DNA of 64,000 nucleotides from NCBI RefSeq assembly GCF_000372725.1, contig NW_005201912.1, forward strand, positions 315,711-379,710. The letters are read 5' to 3'. Position 1 is the stretch's first letter. Each line of letters opens with the position of its first letter. The notes under the pieces are model-generated. The model was given only the letters and a program-made list of their open reading frames with translations. It did no database searches and was not told where the DNA came from. This document shows positions 59,064 through 64,000 of the stretch, piece by piece. Made by a program: the position numbers and the translations under genes. This DNA comes from Emiliania huxleyi CCMP1516 (lineage: Eukaryota).

Positions 59064-60874
59064 GTCTTCTGATAAACGCAGTATGGAAGATACAAAGAGA
59101 CGGAGGAGCAACGAGCGCCCTGGCGTGAGCCGAAGACACTCAACGAGCGCCCTGGCGTGAGCCGAAGACACTCCCTCCGTAGACACTGATCACATACGGG
59201 TGGGACAGGGTGGGTCACAACAACGAGGCACGAGAGCGTGCACGACAGAGCGACAACGCAGCGCACTGCCGTCCAGTCGGCGAAGGGACGGCTGCTGCGC
59301 AAAGTGATCAGTTCTAATGAATGTACCGGGGCCCAACGGATAGATGAATCCGGGGCACCCTCCGCTCGAATCCCTGGCCGGGGGTTCGAGGTGGCCCCCA
59401 CCCTGGGGCCTCCCATCAAAGGGACTGCGGCAGAAGACGCCCAATCTTGCACAAGTGCAAGAACCATACGTCTTCTGATAAACGCAGTATGGAAGATACA
59501 AAGAGACGGAGGAGCAACGAGCGCCCTGGCGTGAGCCGAAGACACTCCCAACTGCGCTCCGTCACCGGTGTCGCGGTCTCCCCCACTGAGGGCGATCTGC
59601 GGGGGGGAGTCGCGCCGCCGGCATGTATCTGTGCAACTGTGTTTTTGCCTTGTCCCGTTTGATGGAGCAAAGTCACGGGCCGCCCGCGCTTGAAGGCGGT
59701 CGCGCCAGGCGCGGGCGGCACTAGTTGCCGGCGATCCGCTTGGGCAGCGCCCACGCTTGCCTCTCGGCTCGGAGAACGTCAGGTCATCGAGGCCGGAGGC
59801 GTCGAAATTGGGCAGGTCCGCGAAGAGGTCAGGCGGTATGTCCCCCGGGTTGATATCGATCACCCTCTCCGCCCAACGCGCAGCGTCGGCTGGCGAGCGA
59901 TGCAGCCCCCACGACGGCGCTCCCCATGGGATCGACGCGCGCCGCCGCCGTGAAGACGGGCCCCAAGCAGCGGGTCATGTCAGACAGGGCTGCGAACGGG
60001 ACGTCGGCCGTAGGGTCGCAAAGAGCCCCGACCGTCGCGTACTGCAAGAAGTCGACGGCCTTCGCTTCTGCAGATGGCGCTGGTCCCAAGGGCACGATAG
60101 CCTCAGAGTACCCCAAATCGCCCCACTGCAGATAGAGCTCGGGCACCGGGATTTGGCGGGAGTGCAGAGCCTGGATGCACACCGTACGGAACGCATCCTC
60201 ATCCACGTGCACCGTGCTGAAAACGCCGAGGTCGGACAGGGCACCGAGGATGCGGCGCCAGGCCGCGGCCAATACGGCCAGCCGCAAGACGCTGAGCCTG
60301 TCAAAGTGGGTGGCCACAGCGGGCTCGGGCTCACTGAAGGCGAGCAGCGCACTGATGGCGACCCACTGCGGAATCTGGACCCACGACGGTTGCATCCCCG
60401 GAGGAGGAGGGGGCAGCTGGAGGAGGGCCGGATTGCCCACCACAGACCACGGAATGAAGCGCAGGGTAGAGCCTACCACTGTTGAGTCGACGGGTATCAC
60501 CAGTGGCTTTGCGGGATCGGGGTGCTGCTCGGCCGGAATGCTGAGCTCGGCGGCAGTGAGGTCTGGCATCGCGGCGCCGGTCGTCTCGTCGAGGGCTACC
60601 TCTCGACTCTACTCCCGTGTCACAACAACGAGGCACGAGAGCGTGCACGACAGAGCGACAACGCAGCGCACTGCCGTCCAGTCGGCGAAGGGACGGCTGC
60701 TGCGCAAAGTGATCAGTTCTAATGAATGTACCGGGGCCCAACGGATAGATGAATCCGGGGCACCCTCCGCTCGAATCCCTGGCCGGGGGTTCGAGGTGGC
60801 CCCCACCCTGGGGCCTCCCATCAAAGGGACTGCGGCAGAAGACGCCCAATCTTGCACAAGTGCAAGAACCATAC
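59064..60874 (-). mobile_element. Non-autonomous split-direct-repeat element (Ngaro/PAT-like tyrosine recombinase retrotransposon derivative)
   Basis: On minus: A1 (60874-60619), ORF, B1 (59549-59470), A2 (59469-59214), B2 (~59175-59064). Confidence 0.75.
59829..60569 (-). CDS. Internal ORF (gag/ORF1-like by position) of the split-repeat element, apparently frameshifted near 59870
   Basis: 246-aa ORF starting ~50 nt after A1; coding-like continuation in another frame (IDINPGDIPPDLFADL); no RT or YR motifs. Confidence 0.5.
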   Translation of the reverse strand: MPDLTAAELSIPAEQHPDPAKPLVIPVDSTVVGSTLRFIPWSVVGNPALLQLPPPPPGMQPSWVQIPQWVAISALLAFSEPEPAVATHFDRLSVLRLAVLAAAWRRILGALSDLGVFSTVHVDEDAFRTVCIQALHSRQIPVPELYLQWGDLGYSEAIVPLGPAPSAEAKAVDFLQYATVGALCDPTADVPFAALSDMTRCLGPVFTAAARVDPMGSAVVGAASLASRRCALGGEGDRYQPGGHTA

Positions 60875-60981
60875 CGCTCGCGGCGTTGAGTTGGGCGCGG
60901 TCGACCCAGCCACATGAGTTTGAAGAGGACCTCGCAGCAAAAACAAATACCTGCAGTGCTTGCTTCACGACGCACGCGGCC

Positions 60982-61741
60982 ATGCTCCGCCTGCTCGCTG
61001 TCGGCGCCACAGCCGCTGCGACCGCCGCCGCTGCCTACGCCCTCGCCCGTCGCCGCGTCGCCCGTCCACGCGTCGCCCTCGTAGCGAGCACCGCTCGGCA
61101 GAAGCTGCTGGCGGTCGCCGCCGCGACTGGCTGCACTGTCGTCGGCTGCAAGGTGCCAGCCACCGCCACCGACTGTCGCCCCAGCCTCCGCCCCATTTAG
61201 TAGTACGCCACCTTCCCTCGCAAGGTGCCGTCGCTGGTCGCGGAGCAGCCTACGGGCCTCGACGAGACGATGCGCGGCGCCAAGAACCGGCTCTCTCAGG
61301 CGCTCGCCACGGACGAGGCGGCCGGCGCCGACCTCGCCGTCGCGATCGAGAGCGGCCTGCTGCGCGCGCTCTCTGGCGACGAGGAGACGTGGGTCGATGT
61401 GGCGGTGGTCAGCCTCCGAGACTTTGGCGACGTCCAGGACACGTCCACGACATGCCCGAGAGTCCGTGTAGGTGGTGATCGTCCGCGATCTGGCGACCGG
61501 CGGCGAGGCCATGGCCACCAGCGCGGGCGTGCAGTTCCCGACCGCCGCCGTCGGCGAGTGGGCCGAGGCGGGAGCCGAGGGGACGGTCGGCGAGGTGCTG
61601 AGCGAAAACACGGGCTGCGACAAGCACGATCCTCATGCGGCGCTCACCTGCGCGCGCTTCCCGCGCGCCGCGCTGCTCGAGCAGGCGGTCCGGGTGGCGA
61701 GCGCGACGCTTTACAGGAGTCGAGTCGCCCTGCCTGGATGA
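60982..61741 (+). CDS. yjjX: Inosine/xanthosine triphosphatase (YjjX-like), 3 exons
   Basis: VASTARQKL.AV, VPSLVAEQP.GLDET.RGAKNR, VAIESG, LT.ARFPRAALLEQAV. Confidence 0.8.
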
Positions 61742-61922
61742 GGAACAGTAGGGGGCGGATGGGACAGTCCTCAGTCGCACCCTCCCCTGTGGTCCTTTCT
61801 CCTTCGTAAAAAGAAGAAACACGAGTAAAGAAATAAAAAGAGACACCCTTACTAGGAGATGGGTAAAAAGAAGCAGCCCCCTGCGAGACAGTATTCTAAC
61901 ACCTCGCTCTAGCTGTGGCCTC

Positions 61923-63026
61923 TCAAGCCGTATGCCCCTCTCTCTCCATCAGAAGTGCGACAGCATGGTAGGCCCGTGCCGTCGCCATCGGCGCCACCTC
62001 CTCCCAGGCGTTTGTGGCCGGGTCGAATCGCTCTACCGTGGTAGCCGACCTTTCGGCCTCAGCCTCATCGTCATAAATCGTGCCGCCCACAGCGTACAGC
62101 TTGCCGTCGAGCACCGCCACAGCGAGCCTGTTCCGTCCCGTCGCCATCGGCGCCACCGCCTCCCACACATTTGCAGCCGGATCGTACCTTTCGACCGAGC
62201 TGAGGTAGCCGTCGTAATCGTCGTATCCGCCCACAGCATACAGCTTGCCGTCGAGCACCGCCACGCCGTGGGTACACCGCGGCGCCGCCATCGGCGCCAC
62301 TGCCTCCCATGCGTTGGTTGCTGGGTCGTACCGCTCGACTGATCGGAGGCGGCTATCGTCATCGGATTCGCCGCCCACAGCGTACAACTTGCCGTCGAGC
62401 ACCGCCACAGCGGAGGCCCCCCGCGCCGTCCCCATCGCCGCAACCGCCTCCCACGCGTTCAGCGCCGGGTCGTACCGCTCCACCGAGCTGAGGCCGTTGT
62501 ATCCGCCGCCGAACCCGCCCACAGCGTACAGCTTGCCGTCGAGCACTACAGCTGCGAGATTTGCGCGAGTCGTCCCCATCGGCGCCACCGCCTCCCACGC
62601 TTTTGTCGCCAAGTCGTACCGCTCCACCGAGGGGGACAGTCCGACGTTGCGCTCCACGCCGCCCACCGCGTAGAACTTGCCATCGAGCACCGCCGTGCCG
62701 ATATACCTTCGTGGCGTCGGCATCGGCGCCACAGCGTCCTCCTCCCACTCATTTGTAGACGGGTCGTACCGCTCCAGTGAGTTGAGGAACTCGCCGTCGC
62801 TGCCGCGGCCGCCGATCACGAGCAGGCGCGGCCGATCGCGCGTCTTCAGCGTCTCCTTCCAGCCGCGGCGCCACGCGCGGCACGTGCCCTTGATGGCGTG
62901 CTCCTTGGTCGGCAGCTGGGCGAGGATGTGCGGGGCGAGGTCCGGCGAGAGGAGGACCTCGATGAAGGCGACGAATTGCTCTGGCGAGAGGCCAGAGAGG
63001 CGGGCGCCGATGCGGTGGGCGGCCAT
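61923..63026 (-). CDS. F-box-like + Kelch-repeat protein, intronless
   Basis: EVLLSPDLAPHILAQL...GTCRAWR; six Kelch repeats VAVLDGKLYAVGG...SVERYDP..NAWE. Confidence 0.92.
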   Translation of the reverse strand: MAAHRIGARLSGLSPEQFVAFIEVLLSPDLAPHILAQLPTKEHAIKGTCRAWRRGWKETLKTRDRPRLLVIGGRGSDGEFLNSLERYDPSTNEWEEDAVAPMPTPRRYIGTAVLDGKFYAVGGVERNVGLSPSVERYDLATKAWEAVAPMGTTRANLAAVVLDGKLYAVGGFGGGYNGLSSVERYDPALNAWEAVAAMGTARGASAVAVLDGKLYAVGGESDDDSRLRSVERYDPATNAWEAVAPMAAPRCTHGVAVLDGKLYAVGGYDDYDGYLSSVERYDPAANVWEAVAPMATGRNRLAVAVLDGKLYAVGGTIYDDEAEAERSATTVERFDPATNAWEEVAPMATARAYHAVALLMEREGHTA

Positions 63027-63040
63027 CGAGAGCAGTCCAG

Positions 63041-63108
63041 AAAGAATCTTACAACTCAACTCCCTCGCACAACACTGGGCACGGGACTGGCGCGCACTGG
63101 CACTAACA
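63041..63108 (-). promoter_or_regulatory. Conserved leader motif upstream of the Kelch ATG
   Basis: Minus strand reads tgttagtgccagtgcgcgccagtcccgtgcccagtgttgtgcgagggagttgagttgtaagattcttt, ending ~14 nt before the ATG. Confidence 0.6.
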
Positions 63109-63193
63109 GAAAGAAAAAACCCGTGTTCGTGCAGGTTCTTTGTGGGTGTGGTCGGCGACTAGCCGGGGTCGTCCTCCCGATGGGGGACTAGCA

Positions 63194-63250
63194 CTAGCCG
63201 TCTTCCACATGGTCCCTCGGGTCCCTGCTGCTCCTAATCTCTTCGTACAT
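63194..63250 (+). repeat. Short dispersed repeat, also at ~36269-36330
   Basis: ctagccgtc..ttccacatggtccctcg.gtccctgctgctcct..tctcttcgtaca present in both copies. Confidence 0.75.
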
Positions 63251-64000
63251 CCTCCTGCTGATCTCCGCAAAGAAAGTCCTGCTCCCTCCCTCGTCTCGCT
63301 CTGCGCGTCTGCTCCGCCTCACCGTCTTCTCCCCTTCTTGTATGCTTTGCACATCGCGTCGATTCCTTTTCGCGTGAGCACCAGCCTGAAGCCCGCCCAG
63401 CAGCTGAACCGCTCCCTAAGTCGAAGGAGCATCATCAGTCTCACCCACTTCGCTCTCTGCCCACTGTCTCCGCTCCCTCCCGCTTGAGCCGCCGTCGCGG
63501 CCCTCGTTCGTCCCACTGGCTGTTGGCCCGTCCCTGCGTTGCCTGCGTTATCCCTCCTCTGCGACTCCCTCAAGGCCGGCCGAGCCTCTTTCCACCCAGC
63601 GAAGAGCTTCCTCAGCCACTCGATGTGTTCCTCTCTCTTCATTATGCGCGCCTTAGCCTCATCATTGAGCCGGATCCACCTCTGCACCGCGCCCGTCGCC
63701 GCCTCGGCCACGACTTGCAAGTTCCTCGTGACCCCGGCGCCAAGGTCCCTCCGGCTCTTCTCAGTAGAGAGGTGTCCGTTTTATTTATTTATTTATTTAA
63801 CGTCTTTACACATCAGCGGCGGCACCGCTCATGGCAGAGCGCCGCCCTCTCGCGGCTCTCACAAGCGAGTTTTCGCTAGACAGCCTGGCCACTCGTCCAT
63901 TAATTATGGCGCGCGTCTACCGAACAGTCTACGCGACCCGGTGTCTACCGGTAGACGGTAGACGGACCACCCCTCAGTACACACACACACACACACACAC

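Noticed and set aside
63319..63720. 133-aa minus-strand ORF as a gene
   Set aside because: No ATG start or recognisable domain; flanked by a dispersed repeat and (TTTA)n, so probably retroelement debris.

Overview
GC-rich, gene-dense nuclear DNA from a eukaryotic alga with a secondary red plastid. It is most consistent with a haptophyte such as Emiliania/Gephyrocapsa huxleyi. That assignment is an inference from frequent GC-AG introns, 10-11 bp intronic tandem repeats, SAFAP-type plastid presequences, and AP2-like and Zn2Cys6 factors. Recognisable genes: an MFS transporter, calmodulin, a METTL21-like methyltransferase, a Zn-dependent alcohol dehydrogenase, plastid YbeY, L28 and EF-Ts, PHF5A, QCR8, an RGS-AGC kinase, a CX5R phosphatase, a sialate O-acetylesterase, a YjjX-like NTPase and a J-domain protein ending in a PIP box. 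Intronless repeat proteins (F-box-like/RCC1, ankyrin/U-box, F-box-like/Kelch) and a membrane TIR-like protein sit among these. Mobile DNA includes a 1.5 kb TA-flanked TIR element, a 1.8 kb element with split direct repeats (Ngaro/PAT-like), a Helitron Rep N-terminal fragment and a non-LTR retroelement remnant. The most notable observations are four: (1) a conserved ~65 nt leader immediately 5' of several unrelated ATGs and at a Kelch remnant; (2) a graded series of introns made of an exon-end duplication plus a short-repeat insert; (3) a homology-supported GA-AG intron; (4) the split-direct-repeat element. Exon boundaries were read by eye and are approximate unless stated.
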